Of a DNA stretch of 49,689 bases, positions 1 to 9,428 are shown in pieces. The stretch's first letter is position 1, and every line of letters begins with the position of its first letter. A program made the position numbers and the translations under genes. Source of the DNA: Actinomycetota bacterium (GTDB taxonomy: Bacteria > Actinomycetota > Humimicrobiia > Humimicrobiales > Humimicrobiaceae); NCBI GenBank assembly GCA_014894375.1, contig JADBLP010000075.1:33083-82771 (forward strand). Direction: 5' to 3'. The notes under the pieces were generated by a model, which had not been told where the DNA came from, did no database searches, and saw nothing but the letters and a program-made list of their open reading frames with translations.

Positions 1-793
1 CATCTGTTGGGATTCCATCACCTGCATCAATTGGTCCCATTGGAGTATGATTCCCAAAACTCCAATATCCATATCCTAAGCAAGATTTACACTTGACCCT
101 ATTTACTTTGCGTTTATGTATTTTCCCAAAGTGACAAGTTTCACAATAAGTGATTCCATTATTTATATCCCATAATTCATCACACTCTATAGCATCTTCT
201 ATTGTTTCTATATGATATTTTTTAATAAGATTTGAAAGAAATAAAACATGATGAACTTGCAATTTATTTATATCTGATTCTCCACATAATCCACAAACAT
301 ATCCATCTCTTTTCATTATTGCATATCTCCAATCCCAATATTTTTGAGTATTTCTGATATGTTCATAAATTGGTGATATACCACCTTTCCATCTATGAGA
401 ATTACAACCAGACATCTTTTCTCTTTCTAATGGATTCATCCATCTCATTATAAGTGCTTGACTACAATTTCTAGTTTTATTATATTTTGTTAACCACCTA
501 CTAACAGTTGTTTTAGGTATATTTAATTCTTTGGAAACAAATTCTAAAGATTTCCCTGATTCATATAATGATATCATATTCAAAATATCATCATTAGTTA
601 CTTTTGTTTTTGCTTGTGCAACCTTTTTTCTAAATTCTTTATTGTCCATCGGATTCTTTGATTTCATTTCAATGGACTTCTGTTTTCTTTTCTCTTCAGT
701 CCATGCTTTAGAAAGATTCTGTTTATGAATTTCGGAAAACACTAATTTATTTTCTTTATGCAAAACCTTTTTCTTCTGGATTTTCTTTTTCAT
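1..793 (-). CDS. HNH endonuclease, truncated by the left window edge
   Basis: Not in the ORF track because there is no stop inside the window. Hand translation from ATG at 793 gives MKKKIQKKKVLHKEN... It has an HTH-like IPKTTVSRWL and an HNH core CGLCG..LQVHHV..NGITYCETCH. Same architecture as 42074..42796. Confidence 0.75.
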   Translation of the reverse strand, partial: MKKKIQKKKVLHKENKLVFSEIHKQNLSKAWTEEKRKQKSIEMKSKNPMDNKEFRKKVAQAKTKVTNDDILNMISLYESGKSLEFVSKELNIPKTTVSRWLTKYNKTRNCSQALIMRWMNPLEREKMSGCNSHRWKGGISPIYEHIRNTQKYWDWRYAIMKRDGYVCGLCGESDINKLQVHHVLFLSNLIKKYHIETIEDAIECDELWDINNGITYCETCHFGKIHKRKVNRVKCKSCLGYGYWSFGNHTPMGPIDAGDGIPTD

Positions 794-1076
794 ACATCAC
801 CTTTTCTTCTTTAATCTTCAACTTTTCTTTAATCTTCCACAAGTCATGTTGCATATCCCAGATTTCTTCAAGAATATGCTCAAGAACTTCTCTATCCGTA
901 TCAACATCTGCATAACCGTTGCCTTTATCTCTTTTTATGAATCTTACCCATATGTAATGCCAGAAACAAAGATAATACCAGCAAGATTTCTTTTCCTCAT
1001 CTTCATAAAATACTTCAATATGTGGTCGTCTTTCACAGTTACCGTAATTACAACTGAAAATTCCCATTATTCCCAT
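756..1076 (-). CDS. hypothetical protein
   Basis: 106 aa ORF rich in Cys/His/Trp, co-oriented and tightly packed. Its 3' end overlaps the HNH start. Confidence 0.4.
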   Translation of the reverse strand: MGIMGIFSCNYGNCERRPHIEVFYEDEEKKSCWYYLCFWHYIWVRFIKRDKGNGYADVDTDREVLEHILEEIWDMQHDLWKIKEKLKIKEEKVMYEKENPEEKGFA

Positions 1077-1447
1077 TCTCCTTTTATTGATTTAATTCCA
1101 AGGAATCCATCAATCTCCATAAGTAAATCTTTTGTTTCTCTCAATGCCCATACTATATCTTTTTCTGTTACTTCATTTAATCCAAGTGAATTACGAAATG
1201 TAAGAACCTTCGTTTGAAAATCTTGCAGTCTTTTCTGCAATTTCTTAGGAAATGATTTTGGTATCTCCAATCCATATAAATGGTCTCCAGCACCATTAAA
1301 CCATAATCCATAATCAAAACATGACCCACCTGATTTTATCTTATTTCTATATTCAAAGAATCTTTCTTGATGTGCTAAAAATAAAGCAAGATTGTAAGTT
1401 AATCCTTTACCAAATTCAGATGTTTCTTTTTCTTTTACTTTCTTCAT
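1067..1447 (-). CDS. hypothetical protein
   Basis: 126 aa ORF with non-repetitive composition. 10-nt overlap with the downstream ORF. Confidence 0.5.
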   Translation of the reverse strand: MKKVKEKETSEFGKGLTYNLALFLAHQERFFEYRNKIKSGGSCFDYGLWFNGAGDHLYGLEIPKSFPKKLQKRLQDFQTKVLTFRNSLGLNEVTEKDIVWALRETKDLLMEIDGFLGIKSIKGEWE

Positions 1448-1459
1448 TTCTTTTTCTCC

Positions 1460-1618
1460 TTATTTATATTTATTCCAATGTTCATCTTCTGGATTATCCC
1501 ATAATCTATGTAAAGAATCATTCTCAACATGCATATCGAATTCTTGAAACCATTTGCATGCATTTGCTGTCATTCTGCAAACTGACTTATGTTTACATTT
1601 CAAACATTTCTCGTTCAT
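1460..1618 (-). CDS. small Cys-rich protein (52 aa)
   Basis: Hand-found ORF MNEKCLKCKHKSVCRMTANACKWF... ATGA stop/start overlap with 1615..1884. Confidence 0.35.
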   Translation of the reverse strand: MNEKCLKCKHKSVCRMTANACKWFQEFDMHVENDSLHRLWDNPEDEHWNKYK

Positions 1619-1884
1619 ATCAACCATACCAATGCTTCATTCTCTGTAAGAAGTTTATATTCATCCATTTTTGTCAAATTATAATCTTTTAATTCTGTCG
1701 CACTTTCCAAACGAAACCCTGTAGTTTGATTCACTTTCCAACTATTAGTTGCTTCTTTTATTATTCTTATCACTTTATAATTTAGTTGATATTCCGTTAT
1801 TTCTACTATTTTTGCTAAATAGATACCATCATCAAATGCATATCTCAATATATATGGTGTTTTATTTAAATCAATATTTTTCAT
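1615..1884 (-). CDS. EALAWLI-tail small protein, paralog T1
   Basis: 89 aa. C-terminus is LLTENEALVWLI-stop. Confidence 0.65.
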   Translation of the reverse strand: MKNIDLNKTPYILRYAFDDGIYLAKIVEITEYQLNYKVIRIIKEATNSWKVNQTTGFRLESATELKDYNLTKMDEYKLLTENEALVWLI

Positions 1885-2159
1885 ATCAGATACACCAGTG
1901 CCTCATCTTCTGTAAGAAATTTGTAATTAACTCCTTCTTTACCTTCCGATTTATTGAACCAAACTTCTTCACCAACATGCCAAACTTTATCATCACACCT
2001 CAATACTCTAAGTATTTTATACCAGATTTTATCAGTTTCAATATATTCTCCTATATATAAAATTTCACCTACAATATAAGTATTAGTGTTGTCTTTTATA
2101 TGTCTCCAAATGTATTTCTTATCAGTATCGTTTTCCATGTAATCTTGGTCTTGTTTCAT
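1881..2159 (-). CDS. EALAWLI-tail small protein, paralog T2
   Basis: 92 aa. C-terminus is FLTEDEALVYLI-stop. ATGA overlap with T1. Confidence 0.65.
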   Translation of the reverse strand: MKQDQDYMENDTDKKYIWRHIKDNTNTYIVGEILYIGEYIETDKIWYKILRVLRCDDKVWHVGEEVWFNKSEGKEGVNYKFLTEDEALVYLI

Positions 2160-2409
2160 TTATTTTCATCTTTCTCACAATCTCCTTATCTAAATCAATC
2201 CCTAAATACTCTGCCAAATCCGCTATCCTAATCATTGCATCTCCAAGTTCCTCTCCGATTTTAGAAGAACCAATCCGGTCATCTTCCATTGCCTCTCCAA
2301 GTTCACTGACCACCAACATGAGTTTAGATGGAACACACTTATCTCCATCCCAGAAACCATGTGCCTTTGATATCCTGTGAGATTCCTTACAAAGTTCTGA
2401 TATCTGCAT
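2122..2409 (-). CDS. MazG-like nucleoside triphosphate pyrophosphohydrolase
   Basis: Track ORF 2122..2421 trimmed to the ATG at 2409 (MQISELCKESH). Carries the paired acidic helices SELGEAMED and EELGDAMIRIADLA, and a C-terminal KMKINETRPRLHGKRY typical of phage MazG-type NTP-PPases. Confidence 0.7.
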   Translation of the reverse strand: MQISELCKESHRISKAHGFWDGDKCVPSKLMLVVSELGEAMEDDRIGSSKIGEELGDAMIRIADLAEYLGIDLDKEIVRKMKINETRPRLHGKRY

Positions 2410-2657
2410 TAAATACACCAAGCAAGTGCTTCTTTTTCAGATATCCTTTCACAACCTTTAATTGCACCTTTCATCATCCTATCGCTTGCTGTATATGGAT
2501 GCTCAAGAATCCAATAAATATCAGAATTAAATTGTACATCATCAATATTACAACTTTTGAGGATGTCATAACCATATCCCACACCATCAAACTTATCAAT
2601 TATCTTTAATACAACTTTATTCGTGTATCTATAAATATCACCAATTTCAATTTTCAT
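2409..2657 (-). CDS. EALAWLI-tail small protein, paralog T3
   Basis: 82 aa. Starts MKIEIGDIY, ends ISEKEALAWCI-stop. TAATG junction with the MazG gene. Confidence 0.7.
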   Translation of the reverse strand: MKIEIGDIYRYTNKVVLKIIDKFDGVGYGYDILKSCNIDDVQFNSDIYWILEHPYTASDRMMKGAIKGCERISEKEALAWCI

Positions 2658-2720
2658 GCGTTTTCTCCTGTTGGATGCCTATTTTAGTAAATTCCTCGTG
2701 ATTTAATGCCTTGCGTCTAT

Positions 2721-3098
2721 TCATGTGCCTCTATGTATGCATTTTTGCTTGGAATCTGCATTATTCTTTCTACTTTTTTTCTTAGGTACACTTTTACCAA
2801 TTACCATATCAAACCACTCATCAGAATCCAATGGTTTTTCTCTCAAATCATCTTCCACACCAAGTTTCTTGGCAAGAATCTTCACCATCTTCCAAGTATA
2901 CTTCTCATCTTTAGTTTCATGATAGATAATTCTGCCAATTAATTCAATCAATGACTTATCATCTTTATATGTTTCACCATAATCTTCCATGTAATCTTCA
3001 TTTCCTTCTCCGCAATGAAGAAAAACATAATATGCAGATTTACCTGTTTTAAAGTATTCTAAAGGATAACCCCAACGCATGTAAGAAATATTTATCAC
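2721..3098 (-). CDS. hypothetical protein
   Basis: 125 aa ORF with mixed charged composition. The plus-strand ORFs it overlaps are low-complexity. Confidence 0.5.
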   Translation of the reverse strand: MINISYMRWGYPLEYFKTGKSAYYVFLHCGEGNEDYMEDYGETYKDDKSLIELIGRIIYHETKDEKYTWKMVKILAKKLGVEDDLREKPLDSDEWFDMVIGKSVPKKKSRKNNADSKQKCIHRGT

Positions 3099-3189
3099 CT
3101 GCCTCTAAGACCATCACACTTTTCACTATGTTTCCGCTTTGCTTTAATTCCATCTATATAATTACTGCATTTCTTACAATAAACCATCT

Positions 3190-3483
3190 TCAAGTTTCTC
3201 CCAATTGATTCTTTTCATCCTCATAAACCTTGCCCATCTGATAACTGGTTTCTTCCCAATCATATCTGTAATCTTTTTCAGTTGTTTTGCCAAAGAATTC
3301 CAACATGCATTCCTTGCAACAGAACCACCAACTAAAAGATTTACTTCCCTTGTAAGAATATGCATTGCATTTAGAGCATTTATTTGCTTTACCTATAACT
3401 TCTGCTTTTACTGTATATGTATATTTTAATTTACCTTTCGCAACTGAACCATTACAATTCCTACAAGTTACTAAGATACACAT
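3190..3483 (-). CDS. zinc-ribbon protein
   Basis: 97 aa with CRNC..CSKC and CCKEC cysteine pairs. Confidence 0.5.
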   Translation of the reverse strand: MCILVTCRNCNGSVAKGKLKYTYTVKAEVIGKANKCSKCNAYSYKGSKSFSWWFCCKECMLEFFGKTTEKDYRYDWEETSYQMGKVYEDEKNQLGET

Positions 3484-3653
3484 AATTCTTCCATTAAACC
3501 CATCTTCTTATGATAATGCCCAAAAAATCCTAGAGAATTCATACATCTATTGGAACACCATCCAGCAGTTACCTGTTTTCCTTTTTCATCCAAAACATGT
3601 CCTGACCATCTCTTTGCAGGTTTAAAACATTTAACACAATTTTTAGTTTGCAT
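3471..3653 (-). CDS. small Cys-rich (zinc-binding) protein
   Basis: 60 aa with CVKC...CSNRC. 13-nt overlap with the downstream ORF. Confidence 0.45.
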   Translation of the reverse strand: MQTKNCVKCFKPAKRWSGHVLDEKGKQVTAGWCSNRCMNSLGFFGHYHKKMGLMEELCVS

Positions 3654-3655
3654 AA

Positions 3656-3829
3656 TTATGTTACTTCCACCACTTTATAAAAATCTCTCTTAACTCGCCA
3701 CTTTGCAGTAGCAATCGCTTTTGCTTCATCATATGTGTACACTTCCACGATTACTTCATCTGGTTTTATGAAGACCCAATCGAATCTAAATAATGGTCCC
3801 CCATTATAACAAGATACTTTATACTTCAT
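3656..3829 (-). CDS. small hypothetical protein (57 aa)
   Basis: Hand-found ORF MKYKVSCYNGGPLFRFDWVFIKPDEV... It fills the gap between 3653 and 3846. Confidence 0.35.
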   Translation of the reverse strand: MKYKVSCYNGGPLFRFDWVFIKPDEVIVEVYTYDEAKAIATAKWRVKRDFYKVVEVT

Positions 3830-3845
3830 TCTGCCAACTCTTTTA

Positions 3846-4514
3846 CTAAATTGAACGATTATCTTCCTTAGTAAATCCTTTTAAGCGTTCATATACTTGC
3901 TGAAGAATAATGCAATCCCATTTATTATGTTCAAGAATTTCTTCTAACGCCTTCTTATTACCACCTTTTGCTAATCTCCAAGTGGCTGGATTTTGGTGAG
4001 TTTTTCCTTTAATTCCGAGCAAATCACAAACTACTTCCAAACGATTACTATGGAGTTTCAATTTATACCGAGCTATGTAATAAATATCTTTATGAGTTAA
4101 CGCCCCATACATAGGAAACTCTATCCCTAATTCCAATGCACGAGTTCTTAGAAAAGGAATGTCAAATTTTGTACTATAAAATCCATAAACTCTATCAAAT
4201 TTCATAAGATTATCTATGCATTCTTGAACTATTCGCTTATCAAAAGTCCCATCATCAATTTCCTTTTTAGTAATTGTTCCACAAATAATCTCATCACTAT
4301 CTTCTGGCTTAATAGAATATGTAATCATATAGTCCCAATTTCCAGAAAGTCCCGTTGTTTCAATATCGAAAAAACATCTTTTCAAATCTTTACCATGTTC
4401 TCTTAGATAGCATTGTGGATGCTCTAATCCACTATGATGGTGAGATTCACATTTCCACAAATTCATCTTTATAATTTCATCTTTCTTATAGTTTGCTAGA
4501 TTTATCGTCATCAA
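3846..4514 (-). CDS. DEDD-type 3'-5' exonuclease (RNase H-like, PolB-exo/YprB-like)
   Basis: ExoI FFDIETTGL, ExoII GFYSTKFDIPFL, ExoIII HNKWDCIILQQVY. Confidence 0.65.
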   Translation of the reverse strand: MMTINLANYKKDEIIKMNLWKCESHHHSGLEHPQCYLREHGKDLKRCFFDIETTGLSGNWDYMITYSIKPEDSDEIICGTITKKEIDDGTFDKRIVQECIDNLMKFDRVYGFYSTKFDIPFLRTRALELGIEFPMYGALTHKDIYYIARYKLKLHSNRLEVVCDLLGIKGKTHQNPATWRLAKGGNKKALEEILEHNKWDCIILQQVYERLKGFTKEDNRSI

Positions 4515-4791
4515 CTACTTCCTTAAAAAGTTTACTCCACATATAACATTTCATGTTGCAAACATTACACTTTACTTTCTTTCCTTCTTCTGTATCTAAT
4601 ATTCCTTTCCCACCGCAATTGAGGCACACTATACGTACATATTCTGGACTTGCCTCATAAACTTTCTCCGCAAGTTCCATGAGTTCCTTGGTTGCCTTGT
4701 CCACATCAAGAATCAGTTGATACCGCTTTCTTGTAAGTGCATTAAATTCATCTTGGAGTTCTTCGGGTGTTTTCTTCTTTAAATTAACCAT
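4486..4791 (-). CDS. coiled-coil plus zinc-ribbon protein
   Basis: 101 aa with CLNCGGKG..CNVCN. Its start MVNLK lies inside the Trp codon of the upstream tail (13-nt overlap). Confidence 0.5.
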   Translation of the reverse strand: MVNLKKKTPEELQDEFNALTRKRYQLILDVDKATKELMELAEKVYEASPEYVRIVCLNCGGKGILDTEEGKKVKCNVCNMKCYMWSKLFKEVVDDDKSSKL

Positions 4792-5036
4792 GCCAATGCC
4801 TCTTTATCATTTAATCCTTCCAATTCGTACTTGTTATATATAGTTGCCCAAGCATGTTTCATAAGCCATTTATGTTTACTATCTAAAATATTAACTTGAT
4901 ATGGATAACTATTATAAGAATCATCATTTCCGCTTCTAATATTTGTTATTATACCAATTACATTTTGAACATCTAATATCTTACAACTACCTGTCACTTT
5001 AACTATATCTCCCACTTTAAACTTCATATCATCCAT
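4779..5036 (-). CDS. EALAWLI-tail small protein, paralog T4
   Basis: 85 aa. Starts MDDMKFKVGDIVKV, ends LNDKEALAWLI-stop. Confidence 0.8.
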   Translation of the reverse strand: MDDMKFKVGDIVKVTGSCKILDVQNVIGIITNIRSGNDDSYNSYPYQVNILDSKHKWLMKHAWATIYNKYELEGLNDKEALAWLI

Positions 5037-5269
5037 GCCAATGCCTCCTTTTCAGAAATTATCCTTGAATCATTGTACATTCCAGAACCGTCTCCAAATC
5101 CACTATTTCCACCAAAATACCATTTATAACGACTATACAACTCATCATAGAAAAATACAATTTCTGCACTATAACGATTATCTGGTAGTATGTCATTTAT
5201 TTTCCCAATAACCAATCCTTTCTCACCTTTCCAACAGAAACAATCCCCAGTCTTAAATTTCCACTTCAT
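5024..5269 (-). CDS. EALAWLI-tail small protein, paralog T5
   Basis: 81 aa. Starts MKWKFKTGD, ends ISEKEALAWMI-stop. 13-nt overlap with T4. Confidence 0.8.
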   Translation of the reverse strand: MKWKFKTGDCFCWKGEKGLVIGKINDILPDNRYSAEIVFFYDELYSRYKWYFGGNSGFGDGSGMYNDSRIISEKEALAWMI

Positions 5270-5754
5270 ACTTCCCTTCCAGTAAACTTAAACTCGTGTT
5301 CTTCACTCACAAATTCTTTGTAATCTGTAACATCCACTCGCCAATAACAAGTCCCTTTGATTGAACTGCTATTTCTCATATAACTAACTTTCATAGGATA
5401 ACTTCCATTTCCACCTTCAAAGTTGCCGATTCCTTTCCAAGGAGCAGAAGCACTTTCTCTAATCCAAAACTGAATGTTCATCCTATCCCCATCTTTATCT
5501 TCAACTCCAACTACAATTGTTATATCCCCTTTCACACTACTAAGATTAGTTTCATATGCATATTTAATCTCTGGTGCATAATTTGTTGGCAATACTTCCT
5601 TTTCTGGATTCACATGTATTTTTCCTGTTGCAAATCCAAGTACCGCCATAATCAGAATTATCACTACAATTACAAATCCCCATGTTGATTTCTTTTTCAA
5701 TCCTTTTTCTACTACTTTTGGCTTTTCTTCTTCACTCATATCATTCTCACCCAT
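5266..5754 (-). CDS. membrane-anchored protein (N-terminal TM helix)
   Basis: 162 aa. Hydrophobic stretch WGFVIVVIILIMAVLGFATG is followed by a soluble, beta-rich-looking domain. Confidence 0.5.
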   Translation of the reverse strand: MGENDMSEEEKPKVVEKGLKKKSTWGFVIVVIILIMAVLGFATGKIHVNPEKEVLPTNYAPEIKYAYETNLSSVKGDITIVVGVEDKDGDRMNIQFWIRESASAPWKGIGNFEGGNGSYPMKVSYMRNSSSIKGTCYWRVDVTDYKEFVSEEHEFKFTGREV

Positions 5755-5984
5755 AACTCATCTAAAGTTTTTCCAAATTTACATAAAGCACATTGCCCAC
5801 TCTTTTCATAAAAAAACATTTGATTTTCGTCCTCTTTAGTCCCCCAAATTCTTGAATATGAATATCTTTTATTTTCACTAAAACTACTTTTTCTTATTTC
5901 AGTTATCTTTCCTACGAGTTTACCAATACTACCATCATAGTAAAATAAATCTCCAACCTCAATCTTGCTTTTCATATTCCCCAC
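5736..5984 (-). CDS. EALAWLI-tail small protein, divergent paralog T6
   Basis: 82 aa. Contains KIEVGDLFYY, ends TLDELWVRMI-stop. Confidence 0.55.
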   Translation of the reverse strand: MGNMKSKIEVGDLFYYDGSIGKLVGKITEIRKSSFSENKRYSYSRIWGTKEDENQMFFYEKSGQCALCKFGKTLDELWVRMI

Positions 5985-6609
5985 ACAACGTACTTATTAT
6001 ATCACTTGCAGTTTTATCACCAATATCTGGAATCTCCATGAGTTCTTCCTTGGTCGATTCACAAATTGCTTTAATACTTCCTTTAGAATTTAATAATTTC
6101 TTTGCAGTTTTTACTGAAATTCCTTTCACACCAGTTAAACAGTTCTCTTTAAACTCATTTGGATGTTTTGCTCTACGAATAAGTATTTTAGGACGTTCAC
6201 TCTTTCCATCATCATGAACTTTCTTATCTAATGACACAATAAAATCAATATAATCTTCCATACAAGTAAATTGAAATAACTTAATCTTTGGATAGCTTAT
6301 AGCAAGTGTTGTAAGAAATCCCCTATATGAAGAATGTATCCAAGAACTATGGCAAAAATAGAAGTCTCTCCATAAATTCTCATTCACTATGCAGAGAATC
6401 GGAATATCATAATCCACAATCGCATTTAGTTGTTCCCATATCCTTTTAGAAGTCAAAGACGATATCAAATCATGTCCTTTTCTTTCAATTGCTATCCCAC
6501 CATCAAGAAGCACATCAGCAATTTCAATCCTTTGGATTTCTGGATTTAATCCTTTTTTAATTAATCCATTATATGTAATACCTTCCTTTCTATCATCAAC
6601 TATAATCAT
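5959..6609 (-). CDS. ERCC4-domain structure-specific nuclease (XPF/Hef/Mus81-like) with C-terminal (HhH)2
   Basis: N-terminal IVDDRK, the ERK motif GIAIERKGHDLISSL, and C-terminal HhH repeats GVKGISVKTAKKLL and IPDIGDKTASDI. Confidence 0.75.
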   Translation of the reverse strand: MIIVDDRKEGITYNGLIKKGLNPEIQRIEIADVLLDGGIAIERKGHDLISSLTSKRIWEQLNAIVDYDIPILCIVNENLWRDFYFCHSSWIHSSYRGFLTTLAISYPKIKLFQFTCMEDYIDFIVSLDKKVHDDGKSERPKILIRRAKHPNEFKENCLTGVKGISVKTAKKLLNSKGSIKAICESTKEELMEIPDIGDKTASDIISTLCGEYEKQD

Positions 6610-6881
6610 GAACCTGTTTGTACAACTCCTTCTTGCTGAACCCCTTCTACAAATGGTTTTACTTCTGGTTCTGGTGAAACTGGTTTTCTTAATCGCATTT
6701 CTCTTCCATCTATTCCTTTCACGATAATCTTATCTTCCATTCGTGGTTGCGACTTCATTTCCAAGAAAATCCCAAGAACAAACTGCTTTTCTTGTTTCGT
6801 GTTGCAACGTATCATTATATCCTTTTCACTTCTCACTTTTACTTTTATCATTCTTTTACCTCTTAAATCATCAATAACCAT
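6606..6881 (-). CDS. hypothetical protein
   Basis: 91 aa ORF. ATGA overlap with the ERCC4 gene. Confidence 0.45.
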   Translation of the reverse strand: MVIDDLRGKRMIKVKVRSEKDIMIRCNTKQEKQFVLGIFLEMKSQPRMEDKIIVKGIDGREMRLRKPVSPEPEVKPFVEGVQQEGVVQTGS

Positions 6882-7120
6882 GCATCATTTTCTGATGGCA
6901 CTCTATGATGTACACTAAATAAAATTGGATTACAATGTTTATGGAACCAATCATGTTTATGCCAATTTTCTGCATCATCAGATAATCTTGTAAACCATAT
7001 CATATCTCCATCAATCTTATCAATTCTCAATATACTCTTCTTATCTATACCAAGACCACTACCTCTCCAAAAATTATCAATAAGAATGCATTCACCAACT
7101 TTAAACTCTTTCATATTCAA
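6863..7120 (-). CDS. EALAWLI-tail small protein, divergent paralog T7
   Basis: 85 aa. Starts MNMKEFKVGECILI, ends SENDAWLLMI-stop. Confidence 0.55.
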   Translation of the reverse strand: MNMKEFKVGECILIDNFWRGSGLGIDKKSILRIDKIDGDMIWFTRLSDDAENWHKHDWFHKHCNPILFSVHHRVPSENDAWLLMI

Positions 7121-7383
7121 ATCCTCATTGCCAGAAGTTTCTTTTCATATTCATCTTTAGATTCACAACCTGTTGGTGAAATCTTATAGTGTTTTAACCA
7201 ATTCCTTAAAGTCTCAACAGATATATCTGTCGAAGTATTATCTGGAAATTCCATTTTTAATGGGTTCACAAAATTATACTTTTCTTTTAGATACGTCAAA
7301 AGTATATCAATCTGATAATCTTTTAGAGTTTCAATATGTTCATAAAGAATCTGTTTTGCCATATCATCTATTAATCTATTCAT
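7117..7383 (-). CDS. hypothetical protein
   Basis: 88 aa ORF with ATGA overlaps on both sides. Confidence 0.45.
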   Translation of the reverse strand: MNRLIDDMAKQILYEHIETLKDYQIDILLTYLKEKYNFVNPLKMEFPDNTSTDISVETLRNWLKHYKISPTGCESKDEYEKKLLAMRI

Positions 7384-8093
7384 CTGTGTTCATCAATCCT
7401 TTTTATAATCTGCATTGCTTTATTATACTTTCTATCTAGATAAACTGATGTATCTTTATAAAGTAAATTTAGTAGTTTATAAACATTATGGTTCCCACTG
7501 ATTCTTATAACATATAATATATCTGAATAATTTCTTTTATGCACATCCGCTTTTGTATTCATTCCATGATTAATTACAAAGTCTTTAAACTGTTTGCAAA
7601 TATCATAACTCCCATATAACTCTACACAATTGTTTGCATAAGTTTTTCCATATATTATACAACCATCACCATCAACATACCCCCTAAAATAATCTCTTTC
7701 ATATATCTTATTAATATTAATAAGTTTCTCTTTACCGCTCTTCTGAGGGATTATTCCGCAATGAATTAATCTTTTTGCAATTTTATCGGATGTAATTCTT
7801 AACATATATCCATCATATTGTTTATTATACCCCTTAATTCCACAATTATGCCTTGTTGAATATATCACTTTATCTGTTTCTAAAAATTTTTTATATTTGT
7901 ATATATGATTTAAATCTCTACTTTGTAACTGTAATGTGATTGCTTGCGATTCCCCAAATTTTGGTTTAGAAATATTTCCATCTGCCATTAAAAACCCTAT
8001 CCAATATGCCTTATCTGCATTCATTCTTCCTGAAAATACATTATGATTAACATAATATTTTCTATGGCCATTACTTCTTTTTTCATTTACCAT
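7380..8093 (-). CDS. free-standing LAGLIDADG homing endonuclease
   Basis: Two LAGLIDADG motifs: YWIGFLMADGNI and FRGYVDGDGCI. Confidence 0.75.
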   Translation of the reverse strand: MVNEKRSNGHRKYYVNHNVFSGRMNADKAYWIGFLMADGNISKPKFGESQAITLQLQSRDLNHIYKYKKFLETDKVIYSTRHNCGIKGYNKQYDGYMLRITSDKIAKRLIHCGIIPQKSGKEKLININKIYERDYFRGYVDGDGCIIYGKTYANNCVELYGSYDICKQFKDFVINHGMNTKADVHKRNYSDILYVIRISGNHNVYKLLNLLYKDTSVYLDRKYNKAMQIIKRIDEHR

Positions 8094-8118
8094 TTTATTT
8101 ACTTTATATTATATTACA

Positions 8119-9201
8119 TCAAAAATCGACAAATCCTTTATCCTTTTGTAATCTGATTGGTATCTTAATTCCAGTGGATTGTTCATCCGGTCTTCTTATC
8201 AGTTGAATACGCCTTGCTTCAATTTTCCATTCTTCATTATCATTCTCCGCACATTTAATTTCTTTTTCTGCCTTAGTTCCATTATGAATCTGTAAGATAT
8301 ATTTGGAGTTATAATAGATTGGATTCCCACCATAAGCGTGCCCTGCATCCTTATAACCAACTGTCATCGGGTTGACACTTGCATGATGAAGAACAATTAC
8401 TGCTATATTATAAAGTTCTGCAACTTGATAGAGTTTACCAAATAGTCTTTCAATAATCTGTGCTCTTGCAGGAAGATTACTTGTTTCACTTCCAACAGAA
8501 TCTTTCACTGGCTTTGTGAGTGAATCTATTATTATTAATGATATGTTCTTTAGTTCCTTATCTGTAAGTGTTTCCTCACAGTGATTAAAGATTACTTTAT
8601 ACTTTCCTCCACCTTTCTCTGATAACTCCAATTTAGGAAGATAACCAAACATCATCATAAGTTTCTGGATAGATTGAATCTGTTTATCATCATAAGTTTT
8701 AATCATTCTAAATTTAGATTCTAATTCTTTTTCACTTATCTCAAATCTCTTACTAAGTTTTCCAAGAATACTTTTTAAATCAACTGGTGTAATTCCCTCT
8801 GTATCTATCAAGAGAGTTTCTTTTCCTGTTAATTTTATGTTATTTACCCCAATTTGATAGCACAACCAAGATTTACCTGTCATCGGTTCACCAAAAAGTG
8901 CAGTAACCAATTTGAATGGAACTCCACCACCAAGAAGGTCATCCACGATTTTACTTCCAGTTGGAATCCTTACCATTTCATCTTTCTTATTCACCATTTT
9001 ACTCCTATCTAACTTATTAACTAAAAAATTTATATGTTTACAAGGAATCTGTTGTTTGAAAACATTCGCTTCACATGAACACCATGCTTGTTCATTATCC
9101 TTCTCCAAATCAATGTTTGTGCAATACTCAATCCCTTTATCTCCTTCTATGATTGCTCGACAAATACCCCAATTATCATATTCAATACTAATTAACCTCA
9201 T
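8119..9201 (-). CDS. SWIM zinc finger fused to a RecA-superfamily (RadA paralog/KaiC-like) ATPase
   Basis: SWIM CxCxnCxH motif WCSCEANVFKQQIPCKH. Walker A GEPMTGKS, Walker B LIIIDSLT, and VIVLHH. Confidence 0.75.
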   Translation of the reverse strand: MRLISIEYDNWGICRAIIEGDKGIEYCTNIDLEKDNEQAWCSCEANVFKQQIPCKHINFLVNKLDRSKMVNKKDEMVRIPTGSKIVDDLLGGGVPFKLVTALFGEPMTGKSWLCYQIGVNNIKLTGKETLLIDTEGITPVDLKSILGKLSKRFEISEKELESKFRMIKTYDDKQIQSIQKLMMMFGYLPKLELSEKGGGKYKVIFNHCEETLTDKELKNISLIIIDSLTKPVKDSVGSETSNLPARAQIIERLFGKLYQVAELYNIAVIVLHHASVNPMTVGYKDAGHAYGGNPIYYNSKYILQIHNGTKAEKEIKCAENDNEEWKIEARRIQLIRRPDEQSTGIKIPIRLQKDKGFVDF

Positions 9202-9428
9202 ATCAAATAAGCAAGTGCCTCTTTGTCGTTTAATTCCTCTATCCTATAAACTCCACCAAATGAATTAAAAATAATATTTTTAGGATAGATATTTCCTCTT
9301 TCAAATGGCCAATTATCACCTTCTTTTCTAAATATGATTTTCCCCTTTTCTTCATTAATCATTTGGACAATATAATATTCACCTGTTTTAATTCTTATAT
9401 CTTTAAAACATTTTCCTTTATATATCAT
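9198..9428 (-). CDS. EALAWLI-tail small protein, paralog T8
   Basis: 76 aa. Ends LNDKEALAYLI-stop. ATGA overlap with the SWIM-RecA gene. Confidence 0.75.
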   Translation of the reverse strand: MIYKGKCFKDIRIKTGEYYIVQMINEEKGKIIFRKEGDNWPFERGNIYPKNIIFNSFGGVYRIEELNDKEALAYLI

